Shown in pieces: positions 26,301-38,902 of a DNA stretch of 64,000 nt (position 1 is its first letter; each line of letters begins with the position of its first letter). The stretch is from Eledone cirrhosa (lineage: Eukaryota), in NCBI GenBank assembly GCA_964016885.1, contig OZ024746.1, positions 96,906,001 through 96,970,000 of the forward strand, given 5' to 3'. A model generated the notes under the pieces. The model made no database searches. It saw nothing but the letters and a program-made list of their open reading frames with translations, and was not told the DNA's origin. The translations under genes were made by a program, and so were the position numbers.

Positions 26301-27002
26301 TCCATGTACTCTATTGAAGCCGTCGCTGTGTTTACCTACGTGTCCGTTAAAATCTCCTGCGATGATTAGGAAGTCATTGTCGTTTGTTAGAGCAGTAGTG
26401 TGCATTAGGGACTCATAAAACATATCCTTAAGTTCGTCTGGCAGCCCCGATTGGGGTGCGTAAGCTCATATTATTGTGGTAATTGTCTTATTCAGGACTA
26501 ATCTGAGTTTAATGATTCTTGCATTTACCCTGTACACTGAGATTACTTTGTCTATCCACTTGTCAGCTAATAGTATACCTACACCACCCATCCCATTGTC
26601 ATTTCCCACCCAGAAAAATTTGTAGCACTGACTTTTTCCTACAAGGACTCTAGCAGACTCTCCTCTCCATCCAGTCTCTTGCACACAGCATACATCAACT
26701 TCCTTTCGCTCTAGCATTTCTCCTGCTCTTCCTTTCATTGAGCCTACATTGATGGTACCAACTCGGAGTTTTGGGCATTTGTCGACACTCGTAGGGAAGG
26801 GTCTCTGGGTTGGCGCTTCACGTGGGTGTATATGTGTGTATATGTGTGTGTATATATATAAATATAAATATTTTTCTATAGGAATCATTTTGTAAAGAAT
26901 AAACAATGTTGATAAGTGTTTTGATTCTCCTTCACATTACCATGAGCTGAATACCTTAATCACAGCCATGCGCTTTCACACACACACACACATACACACA
27001 CA

Positions 27003-27039
<37 letters not shown>

Positions 27040-27633
27040 CAGAATATTGTGAAGAAGAAAATTAAAAAAACACTTATCAACATTGTTTATTCTTTACAAA
27101 ATGATTCCTATAGATAAATATTTGTATGTATATATGTATGTATGTATATATGTACATACAAATATTTATCTATAGGAATCATTTTGTAAAGAATAAACAA
27201 TGTTGATAAGTGTTTTTACCCGGGAGAGATGACCCCTTAGCCTTTGTCAAGGCAGAATTCTAGGAGAAGGAAAACTCTGATATAACACCTGCAACCCTGA
27301 TGGTATCCAATGATGTTGACTTGTTCTTCTTTTTGGTAAATATCATCTTGGTTAAGAGAGTGGGACTAGCTTTGTGCAGTGCCTTTGCTCACTATAAAAG
27401 ATTCATGGCACAGGCATTGCTTTATATCTGGAGATCTCTCTGCACTTGTCGTCACATGGTACCATGGGCCCAGCACTATGTGTCAATAATTGTCACAAGT
27501 TTAGTGTTTGTACCAGAGTTTTCAAGTCGCTGGCTGGACTAAAAAGTCACATTCGTTCAGCGCATCGGCAGGGGTTCTCCTACATGGATATAAAGTAGTG
27601 GCTGTACTCGAAAACGAGTTGGCAGCCACCATG

Positions 27634-27676
<43 letters not shown>

Positions 27677-30600
27677 GGTTTCTTGATGAGGAGGGTGACT
27701 TGGGACATCCTGCAGGACTAAATAAAAAAACACTTATCAACATTGTTTATTCTTTACAAAATGATTCCTATAGATAAATATTTGTATGTATATATGTATG
27801 TATGTATATATGTTATCTCTTTCTCTTAATTTTGAGTATATTTTTTTGACTGGCCACCTTCCTGGTGGCAAGGTTGTAAAAGAAAAGAAATTGTCATCCC
27901 TTGAATCGCAAGAATGTTTTGCAAATTTTGAAGGTGCCAGCTATCGCAGCCATTTGTAGACTATGAATTAGGGAGTTGCGCTCTTTGTCCGCAAATCCAA
28001 GTTCAGTCATACTTTGGTCCAAGCGGGTTGGTATATAACCCGTAGCTCCAATAATGATGGGTATGAAGCTAAAGGTGTATCTTGGATAATGGATTTGTAA
28101 ACTCCTCATCAATGGTCCGTAGATGTCCTTCCCCTGTATTTTTCTGACAACGTTTACATCAAGTGGGCAGCTGATCTCCACAACAGAACACGTTTTCAAT
28201 GTGTGGTCCCAAACAGCAATATCAGGCTGGTTGTGCTTTTATTTTCAGGTTCCACCAGTATTCCTTAGTGCCATCTGTCTCAATATATTCTTCCTCGTTT
28301 GTTGTTAATTTTGTTTTCCGAAGTGCGTTCCAGATGGTTCTAGCTATCCCATCGTGTCTCATGGGGAGGTAGTAGCGAGATGACATTCTTTCGCAGCTGG
28401 CAACAATGTGGCTTACATCCTCGATCTTTGTTTTACATAGCCTACATTTATTGTCAGCTGATGGCCCTCCCCTTTTTGCAGCAGATATTTGGTAGGGAGT
28501 TCTTGTTCCTGTATTGCATAGAGATATCCCTCAAGGTGTGATGTCATAAACTTGTCGGAACTCCATGCCAGGCTTGTCGGAACTCCATGCCAGCACTGTG
28601 TCAATAATTGTCACAAGTTTAGTGTTTGTACCAGAGTTTTCTAGTCGCTGGCTGGACTAAAAAGTCACGCTCGTTCAGCGCATCGGTAGGGGTTCTCCTA
28701 CATGGATATAAAGTAGTGGCCGTACTCGAAAACGAGTTGGCAGCCACCATGTATGTATGTATGTATGTATGACATTTTTTGCGATGTATGAGATTGGTGA
28801 CCATAGACAAATCCATAGCAGGACTAAAGGCCATATCCGTAATGTGCATACTTACGTATCAAGCGATGGCATTACTTGAAATTGAGTTACAGCCGTCATC
28901 TTGTATGTATGTTCTTCTGGTTTTATAATTTCACAAAGTTTTCCCAATAGAGAGAGAGTCGGTTTCTAACATAGGCACAAGACTCTCTCATTAGAATTTA
29001 CACATCAACTAGGTAGATATGTATGTATGCATTCATGTGTAGATATGGATGTTACTGTATGTGTGGATGTGTATATGCTTTGCATCTGTGCATGTGTATA
29101 TGCAGTTATTAGATGCAAATTTTTTGGAATGTTTTACATATTTTTACTGTTCCATTAATGGATTGTACTTGTAATTTCCTAACAAGTTGTGTTCTTTCTG
29201 TTCCTATGAAGCCCAGCTTCTCAAGATTTGTATTGAGGCAGTTACTAACATACCCCAGTGCCCCAATAATCACAGGCATAAATCTGAAGGTGTAATCAGG
29301 GTGGAGTATCTGCAGATTTCTCATCAGTTCTGCATAAATATTCTCCTTTTCACTAATCTTTGATATTATATTGGCATCTGCATGTATGTATGTATGTATG
29401 TATGTATGTATGTATGTATGTATGTATGTATGTATGTATGTATGTATGCATGTATGCATAAGAGTCAACAGCCATCCGAAATTGTGTAAATATGTATATA
29501 GACATGTACTGCCCAGTTAAACCACTACAAGCGAAGGACCCCTAGCCTTTGTCAAGGCATTCTTCTAGGAGAAGGCAACTCATGAAACTGGGATAACTCC
29601 GATATAAAACCCGCGGCTCAGTATTTACCGATGATGTTGATCTTTTCTTCTTTTCGGGTTATAACTACTGTTGCTCAGAGAGTGGGATTGGCTCAGTGCA
29701 GTTTTTCCTCACTTTAAAAAATATCTTCACACCAAAGAATTAATTAATAATTATTAATAATGGTATATCGTGCAATCGCCATACTCGATAATAAGGGGGC
29801 AGCCATCATGTATGCATGTATGTATGCATGTATGTATGTATGTATACATGCATGTATGCCTTTATGTGAGTAGACAGGTCTTAAGTTTGATTCCCAGCTG
29901 TGTCCTTGAGCAAGACACTTCATTTCATATTACTCCTGTCCACTCAGCTAGCAAAAGCAAAAATGAGTTGTACCTCTAATTCGAAGGGCCAGCCTTGTCA
30001 CATACTGTGTCATGCTGAATCTCCCTGAGTACTACATTAAATGTATGCATATTTGTGAAATGCTCAGCCACTTGCATGTTAACTTCATGAGCAGGCTGTT
30101 CCGTTGTTTGTATCAACAGGAATACTCTTCGTTGCAACCTATAGAGTATCACTATATATATATATTTATATAACAAAGGAATTGTGGTAAAGAACCAGAT
30201 GGACCATAACGCACCAAAGTACTCAATACTTAGGGTAGTAGAGTGGGTAATAGGAAAAGGTATGACCCCGACGGCCGTTTCGACGGCTATTTCTGGACTA
30301 AATTATAGTTTTTAGCCTGGTAAAATTTTACAAGGCTATAAACTTAAACATCCAAACATTGGATGTTTAAGTTTTGATTTACAACTATTAATAAATATAA
30401 TTTTGCCAAACTTACTTTAATCAAATAAACTATACTAGATTTTCTCCAGTGTAAAATACTAGACATTTAAATAATTTACAATCCATAACATACACAGCTA
30501 AACCAATATATTATTACTAATACATCTTAATATAAATACTTCTATTTTAATTTTAATTTTAAATTTTAAATTTTAATATTAATATTAAATTAAATTTTTA

Positions 30601-33600
30601 ATATTAAAGTAAATTTTAATCTTTAATTTTGATTTTTAATTTTTAATTCTAATTTAATTTTCAACTTATAAATATTATAATCACAACGTAATGAACCCTA
30701 CATTCTAAATATTATTCTTCCACGTTAATCTTATTTCCTCATTCACTTCTTCTTTCACATAGATATATTTACGTTCTGTATATTCTTCCATTAAAATTTA
30801 TTTCCTCGTTCACTTTGACTATCTTCACTATCACTATGTTTAATCGTTCTTTCTTTCTTCTTCTCTCTTTCTCCTTCCTTTTCTTCACTCTCCCTTACAT
30901 ATCCTATTATTCCAACAGTTTAATTTAAATAAACCGTTATCTTTTCACCTTTTCGGACACTCATTTGCATACTCACTCATAACTTTGTATTACCCTCAAT
31001 AAATGTATTACCTCCACTATCCAGGAAGTTCCAACCGTTAAGGTTGTCTTTTTTTCTGGGTATGTCAATATTTATTTATAAAACAAATCTGTATTTTATC
31101 TGATGAAAGCGCACCATAATTTGCCTTGGTTGCCCTTGAAATATGTATAATAAAATAAATATGGTTTTATAAATATAGTTTCCATTTATTAATATATTGT
31201 GTATTTACTCCACTAACTTGTTGAGTGCTTTATATCAGTTATAAAAATTTTTAAGCTTGTTGAATCCCAACAAATTAAATATAACCTCTGCATATATCAT
31301 CATCATCATCATCATCGTTTAACGTCCATGTTCCACGCTTGCATGTGTTTGGACGGGAGTTTTCCCACTTGAGGCAAGAGTGGTTGTCTTGCTCGCATAG
31401 GACTGTCTGGCGGGTTTTCTACAGTTGGATGCCCTTCCTAACACCAACCACATTTACAGTGTGGGGCTGGGAGGTTTTTACCGTGTTGCCTACACGGCCA
31501 CATTACAGCGTGGACTGTGTGTTTTTTTGTCGTGACACCTACACGATCTCATTTGTTTCGGCCTGGATGTTGTGGCACCAACATAACTTTACATTGAAAG
31601 GGGCGGTGTGGATGGGATGGGGGTGGTGGGACGGGGGTGTATTTTGTTAGAGATGCCTACTGATTGTAGTAGGTTTTACTTTGTATTTAGGTAAGGCGGG
31701 TCTTCTCTATTACTGAGTACCGCCAAGGGTCTCGGTCCAGTGACATTGTCTTGGAGAGGTGTAAGTGTGTGAGGTTGGAATTTATCAGCTCGTCCCAGGT
31801 TTTTCTAGGTCTGCCTACTCCGTGGCTACCGTCTATCTTTATTGCCCTGCACTTTGTTATACAGCTGTCGTCTTTCATGCGCATCACGTGACCATACTAA
31901 CGTAGCCTTCTCTTGAGTAAACAACATCTGATCCCTCTTATTTCTAATTTTTTCCTTAGTTCGTTTATGCTTTGCCGTTCACATATATTACTATTACACA
32001 TCCAGCGGAGCATGCAAGCTTCGTTCCTCTCTAGTCTGCATATATCCTCTGCACACAATGCCCAGGTCTCACTGCCATGTAACATTGCATCATACAACCT
32101 GCCTTTCATTTTTAGGGAGAACCCTTTAGCGGCTAATAGTGGTATAAGCTCTCTGAACTTTTTCCATCCAGTTCTGACTCTAGCTACTGTACTTTCAGAG
32201 CACCCTCCCCCACTGCTGATTTTGTCACCCAGTTAACGGAAATGTCCACTATTTCTATAGAACCCTCTGCGCAATTGAAAGAGTTAGTATTTTGTGGGCA
32301 CTTGCTGCTACTTATTGCACCAGAGCACCAGCCACATGTAAAATCTATGTTCTTAGTTAGCTTACCTGTGATCCCACTACATCTTTTATGCACCCATACT
32401 TTGCATTTGGGACATAAAATGGAGTTTCTACCTACTCCTTTCCTACACACTGAGCATGGCCATTTCTCGGAAGGGACCGGCGCCTTATTTTCTTTCCTAC
32501 AAACTAGAACTTTATCTTAGCCAGGTTAATTTTAAGGCCTTTTGATTCTAAGCCGTGCTTCCATGTTTGGAATTTCTTCTCTAGCTCGGCCATTGATTCA
32601 GCTATGAGCGTTAGATCATCTGCGTATAGGAGTTCCCATGGGCAGCCGGTCTTGAACTCCTCTGTTATAGCCTGAGGGGCAATAATAAATAGTAGGGGGC
32701 TAAGAACAGAGCCCTGATGGACACCAACTTTTAAGCTAAACTCTTCACTATACTCGTTAATTCTAACCTTGCTGACTGTTTCTTTATACATGGCTTGTAT
32801 AGTTCTCACAAGCCATTCGTCAACACCTAGTTTTCTAAGAGCCCACCAGATAATGGAGTGGGGGACTCTGTCAAAGGTTTTCTCCAAGTCAACAAAAGCT
32901 AAGTATAGGGGTTTACTTTTAGCTAGGTACTTCACAGGGGCGCATACATACACACGAAGCACATATATATATATACGTACATGTACATCTAATCATACGC
33001 ACGCACGCGACTATATATATATATACACATATACATATATATATATACATATACATATACATATACACACACACACACATATATATAAGTATGTAAAAAA
33101 CATACATATAAAAACACACATATACACACACACGCGCACACGCGAATGCTTTCGTATACATATACAAACATGCATATATTACTTTATATCTTCACAATTT
33201 TACATATTTTACTTCCCCATTTTATTTCACTACCTGATATCACATGTCACTTGCGTTTTCAACTCCAGATATATTCTGTTGTCTCTCAGCCACTTTTATG
33301 TATGTTTACTTGCGTATAATTTGTACTCATTTATTCATACGGCTGGTTTTTATATTTTTATATTGTATCTATGCGTGTGAGCGTGCATGTTTATATATGT
33401 ATACGAATACATTTGTATGTGCGCGTGTGTGTATATATGTGTGTGCGTATGTGTGTTTTTGTATCTATGTTTTTTACATACTTATATATATGTGTGTGTA
33501 TATGTATATGTGTATGTATATATATATATATGTATGTGTATGTATATGTGTATATATATATATAGTCGCGTGCGTGCGTGTGATTAGATGTACATGTACG

Positions 33601-35479
33601 TATATATATATGTGCTTCGTATGTATGTATGTATGCGCACCTTTGTATGTGTGTACGCATGTATGTGCTTTTGTCTGTATGTATTTATATATATATTTAT
33701 ATATATATGTGTACGTACGAACCTATGTATATTTTCTATCTTTTCTAGTGTTACTTTATAATTGATAACCCCTCCCTCTTACTTTCTCTTTCATTTCATT
33801 TTTTTATTCTCATATATTTTTTCATTTTTTTATTTTTATATAAGTATCAACCTTCAGCCTGACACTGCTTTGACTGATACACTCCCTTCTCGGAGTGGGT
33901 GATGTGTTGTTTCCTTGAGCAAGACACTTTATTTCACATTGTTGTTTCCTTGAGCAAGACACTTTATTTCACATTGTTGTTTCCTTGAGCAAGACACTTT
34001 ATTTCACATTGTTGTTTCCTTGAGCAAGACACTTTATTTCACATTGCTCCAGTTTACTCAGCTGTAGAAATGAGATGATAGGGTCTGGGCTCCCTATCAT
34101 TCCACTGCAAAGAGGTTGTGGAGGTGCCACAGCAAAAAAGCACCCAGCCCACAATGTAAAGTGGACGTGTAGGCACCACGAAAAAAAAGCACCCAGCACT
34201 CACTGTAAATGAGGTTGGTGTTAGGAAGGGCATCCAAAATCAGTTCCTGTATGAGCAAGACAAGGTCAGCCGACTGGACACTGCTCACAACAGGACAACC
34301 CGTCTAACCCATGCTAGCATGGAAGAACGGACGTAAAAACGGTGATGATGATGATATATATATATATATATATATATATCTTTGGCGCTAATACAGAAGA
34401 CCCACCTTGCCTAAGTACAAAGCGAAACCTACAGTCAGTAGGCACCTCTTAATCAAATATACACCCCCATCCCACTTCCTCAACTCCATTCCCCCCACCC
34501 CCATCAACAACATCCCTTTCTCTGTAAAGTTATGTTGGTACCGCAACATCCAGTCCTAAATGAGGTTGTGTAGGTGCCACGACAAAAAAACACACAGTCC
34601 ACGCTGTAATGTGGCCGTGTAGGTAAAACGATAAAAAAACCCCAGTCCACACTGTAAACATGGTTGGTGTTAGGAAGGGCATCCAGCTGTAGAAAACCTG
34701 CCAGACAGTCTTATACGAGCGAAACGGCCAATCTTGCCTCAAGTGGGATAATTCCAGTCTAAACCCATGCTAGCATGGAAGATAGACGTTAAACGATGAT
34801 GAGGATGATATATATATATAGGAAAAGAGTCAGGACCCCAACGGCTGAATCCAGCTGTTTTGACAGCTGGATCCAAACATATATATGTATGTAAAAGGTA
34901 AACAGAAATAACAACACAATCAGTACAGTATATGGAAGGAATATATTAGGTTAAAGCTTGATATAGCAGGAAGAGGGTCTTAACGTTTCAGATGCTAGTC
35001 CTTCATCAGAAGAAAGAATGAGAAATGAGATAGATTGAAGGAACAGGTGGGGTAGAATTGGAAAAAATGTCTTTAGATAAAAATGACAGGTTCATTTATG
35101 TTGACATCTCTTGGATGCTGCAACAGTGTTCAACACATGTCACAGTGATAACAAGAACAAAGGAAATAAAATAAAAACAAACAAACAAACCAAAACAAAA
35201 AAAACAATTAGAAGGAATTAATGACTTACAGTGAAGTGAAATTTTGAATGTGTCCAAGGTAAAGAGGCGACTCCAGGTTAAGAGAAGTCAGATCACCAGG
35301 GCTGCTACTTTCTGCCGTATTACTTTGACCATCAACTTGCAGGAAACCATCCTGTCCAATGCGACGAGCAATAACATGGTGATATTTATTTAGTCGAATT
35401 GGTTTAGCACTGCGTATAATAGCCAGACCATTTCCTAAATCATACCTGTAAAAATTTGAAAGTGGCTTAGATAGTTATA

Positions 35480-35510
<31 letters not shown>

Positions 35511-38500
35511 AATTACATCATGAAGGAAGATGCAGTAGAGGAAGACCACAAAAATCATGGGTGGAGGTGGTGCGAGCTGACCTCAGATCGCTGAAGTTCA
35601 CAAAGAAGATGACGAAAGTCCGTGATGAATGGAGAGATGCTGTGCTGAATAGGACCCGTCCCACCCTTGCAAAAAGGGAAAAGCGGATATAAAATGATGA
35701 TGATGATGATGATGGTCCTGTTCTTGGCGGACGTCTACTGCAACTGGCAACAGAACAGGAGAATTCCCAGTTCTGTGAGTTGAGGGGCGGTGGCGCTGCT
35801 GAGAAAGGATCTGAACAAGGGGGATAACATAGATAATTTCAGGGTCATAACTCTGCTAAACACAGAGTTCAAGATTTTGGCCAAGGTGCTAGCAAAGAGG
35901 TTGGCGCTTGTCGTTGGTGGTCTGGTGGGAGAGGCGCAGACATGCGCCATTCCAGACAGATCCATCCACGCCAACCTCCATCTCATTCGATAAATCCTGG
36001 AGAAGGTAGCTAAGGAACCTGGCACGGGTGGGTCCTTGATCAATTTAGATCAGTCGAAAGCTTTTGATAGGGTCGACCATCGTTATCTGGCAGCAGTTGA
36101 GGGCAGCTGGCTTTGGGCCCATCTTCAGAGGCTGGATCGCTGCCATGCACTGCGACATCTGCCCTGCGGTGAGAGTGAACGGTCACCTTTCGGAACCGTT
36201 CAACATCATGTGCTCGGTCCGCCAAGAATGTCCCCTCTCGTCCCTGTTGTACGTATTGACTCTCGAGCCATTACTGCACAAACTGGAGACGTTGAGGGGG
36301 GCGGGGGGGGGGGGGGGGGGGCGCAAACTAGGATGCGGAAGATCTGTGTCAGCATATGCGGACGATGTCACCGTAGTGGTGTCGAACAACAAACACATCG
36401 AGGCTATCGGCACTACACTAAGAGAATACGAAGCGGTGACAGGAGCAATGATCAACCGGGAAAAGTCAGTGGGCCTGCAGCTCAGCACCTGGAGAGGCAG
36501 GTCCATGCCATCGAACAGCGTCGTCGGGCAGTAGACGGACAGACCGGTTCAATTGCTAGGGGTCTGGTTCGGTCCAGACCTCGAGACAGACAAAAACTGG
36601 GACGAAGTGACGAGCAGGGTGGCTTCTCTCACCCCAAAATGGGCGGAGAGGAGAGGAAGCTATCCATGAAAGGTCGAGCAGAGGTGGTGAATGCGTACAT
36701 CGCGTCCGTCATCTACTACCGCCTGACCACCGTGCCTTGTTCTAAGCCTCACCTGACTGCGCTGGAGCGTTTGCTCTTTTGCTTTTTGTAGAAGGGACGC
36801 ACGCACGGTCAGGCGGTCCATCTGCTGTCAACACCCGCTACGTGGAGGGCTGGGCATGCCGTGGCTGATGATGCGCAGACACGCGCTCAGGCTACGACAT
36901 CTCCACCTCTTCCTCGACGGTGATCAGGTGTGATCGCCATTTGTTAGACATGTCTTTCCCCAGCTTGTCTCCTTGACAGAGCCACAGTCCTGGGTCAAGC
37001 GAAGACTGAGAGGGAGTGCTTGGAGACTGGAATGTCTTCAGGCACTCACAGCCCTCGACCAATCGGGCAATGTGATCAGTGGAAACTCCACCTTGGCATT
37101 CTATAGAGGGTTAATGGAGGGAAAGAGCGACGACGTACTTGGGGAAACTCTAGGCATCAACGAAAATCAACTAGCCAATCTCTTCGGAACAACTTTCGGG
37201 CTGGGGCCTATAGACAACTTCCAGAAATCCCTGGCCTGGCAGTGCTACCAAGGAGCTTTGCCAGTTCGGGATAAACTCTACAGGCATGGAGGTGCCGTCA
37301 GCCGGGCATGTCCGAGATGCGCGCAGGGCGATGAAACCGTCCTGCACGCACTCATCCAGTGTCCGAGCATTGCTGACTTGTGGGTTTATGTCGAACACCT
37401 GCTGTCACGTGCAGGACGGATCCAGCTATCAGCTGAGTCCATCGTGAGCATTGCCCCGCCCTCTTCCTTTAGCCGGGAAGGGCAGGCAGTTTTTATCTGT
37501 CTGGTAGCCATGGCGAAAGAGATAGTATGGTGGACACGTTTGAAAAGACTGAAGACGAGCACTTACCTCTTCGGTGATGCCCTGATTAACTTTTTCCAAT
37601 TTCATTTGAAAAGGAAAATCAGGGTAGAAAGGGAAGTGCTCTCTTCCGAGCATTTTGTTGAAAGATGGGTGAGAGAAGCAAGTATGGCCCGAGTGAATGG
37701 GCCTAGTCTGAGTATCTGTCTGTAAATTAAAGGTGGAAAACTGGGAGAGGGCACTTGCCCTGGTGGTCAGGGTCACTGTGGCCTTTTAATGGGCTTTCTC
37801 CACAAATGTCCCTCGGAAGTCTCCCCCCCCCCCTATTGGGGAATTTTTCATTGTTTTTTTTTATTACACGCAGAAATGCCCACTTGTACCGTCCTGTACT
37901 GTCCTTAATGTCTACTTTATGTAAACCCTTGTGATTAATAAAGAAAGCATTATTATTATTATTATTATTTATATCCAGATATAAGGGCAGAGGATTGGTA
38001 ATATTGGTAGAGTATCAGACAACATGCTTTTTAGCAGTGAGTTACAGCCCTTTATGTTCTGAGTTCAAATCCTGCTGAGGTTTGCTTTGCCTTTCAACCT
38101 TACAGGGTCAATAAAATAAAGCACCAGTAATACACTGGGTTGATTTAATCGACTCTGCCCTACCCCCAAAATTGCTGGCCTTGTGCCTATAGTAGAAATC
38201 ATTATTTATATCCAGATATGCAAACATTTCCACATTCTAAAAGTCAAAATGTTTTCACCCTAACAATTGTAGATGTGTGAAGAGTTATCTAACTTTAGTT
38301 ATGAAACCTCTCTAGTTTCCACATTTTATCATTGCACCAGCACTACTATTTACAGGCTGTATTGTGTATATCATCATTTTATGTTTGTTTTCTAAGTTGG
38401 CATGGGTTTCACAGGTTGTCACAGACTGAGACTAAACAGGTCGAGAGACCAGATCTAGTTCATACACTCCATTTTGTGGAATGATCTCTACAGCTGGATG

Positions 38501-38868
38501 TCCTTCCTCATGCAAACCACTTAACAGTGTGTACTGGGTACAATTTATTGTGATACCAGCACTACTGTTTACAGAGTATAAAGAATGTATTTTATTGTGG
38601 AATAAGCACTACTATTTACAGTGTGTACCGGGTGGATTTTATTGGAAAACTAGTATTATGATACAGAGAGTATACTAGGTGTATTTTATCATGACACCAG
38701 CGTTACTATTTATATAGTGTACTTGGTGTATTTTACCATAACACCAACACTACCACTTTACAGAGTGTATTGTGTATATTTTATCATGACACCAGCACTA
38801 CTATTTATAGAGTGTATTGGGTGTATTTTATCATGACACTAGCAATACTACTTTACAGAGTCCACTGA

Positions 38869-38902
<34 letters not shown>

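Noticed and set aside
23866-26418. Several plus-strand ORFs up to 210 aa
   Set aside because: Antisense shadows of the RTE ORF
27680-27720. tTGATGAggag...catcct hammerhead-like start
   Set aside because: No C3 and no GAAA after the stem
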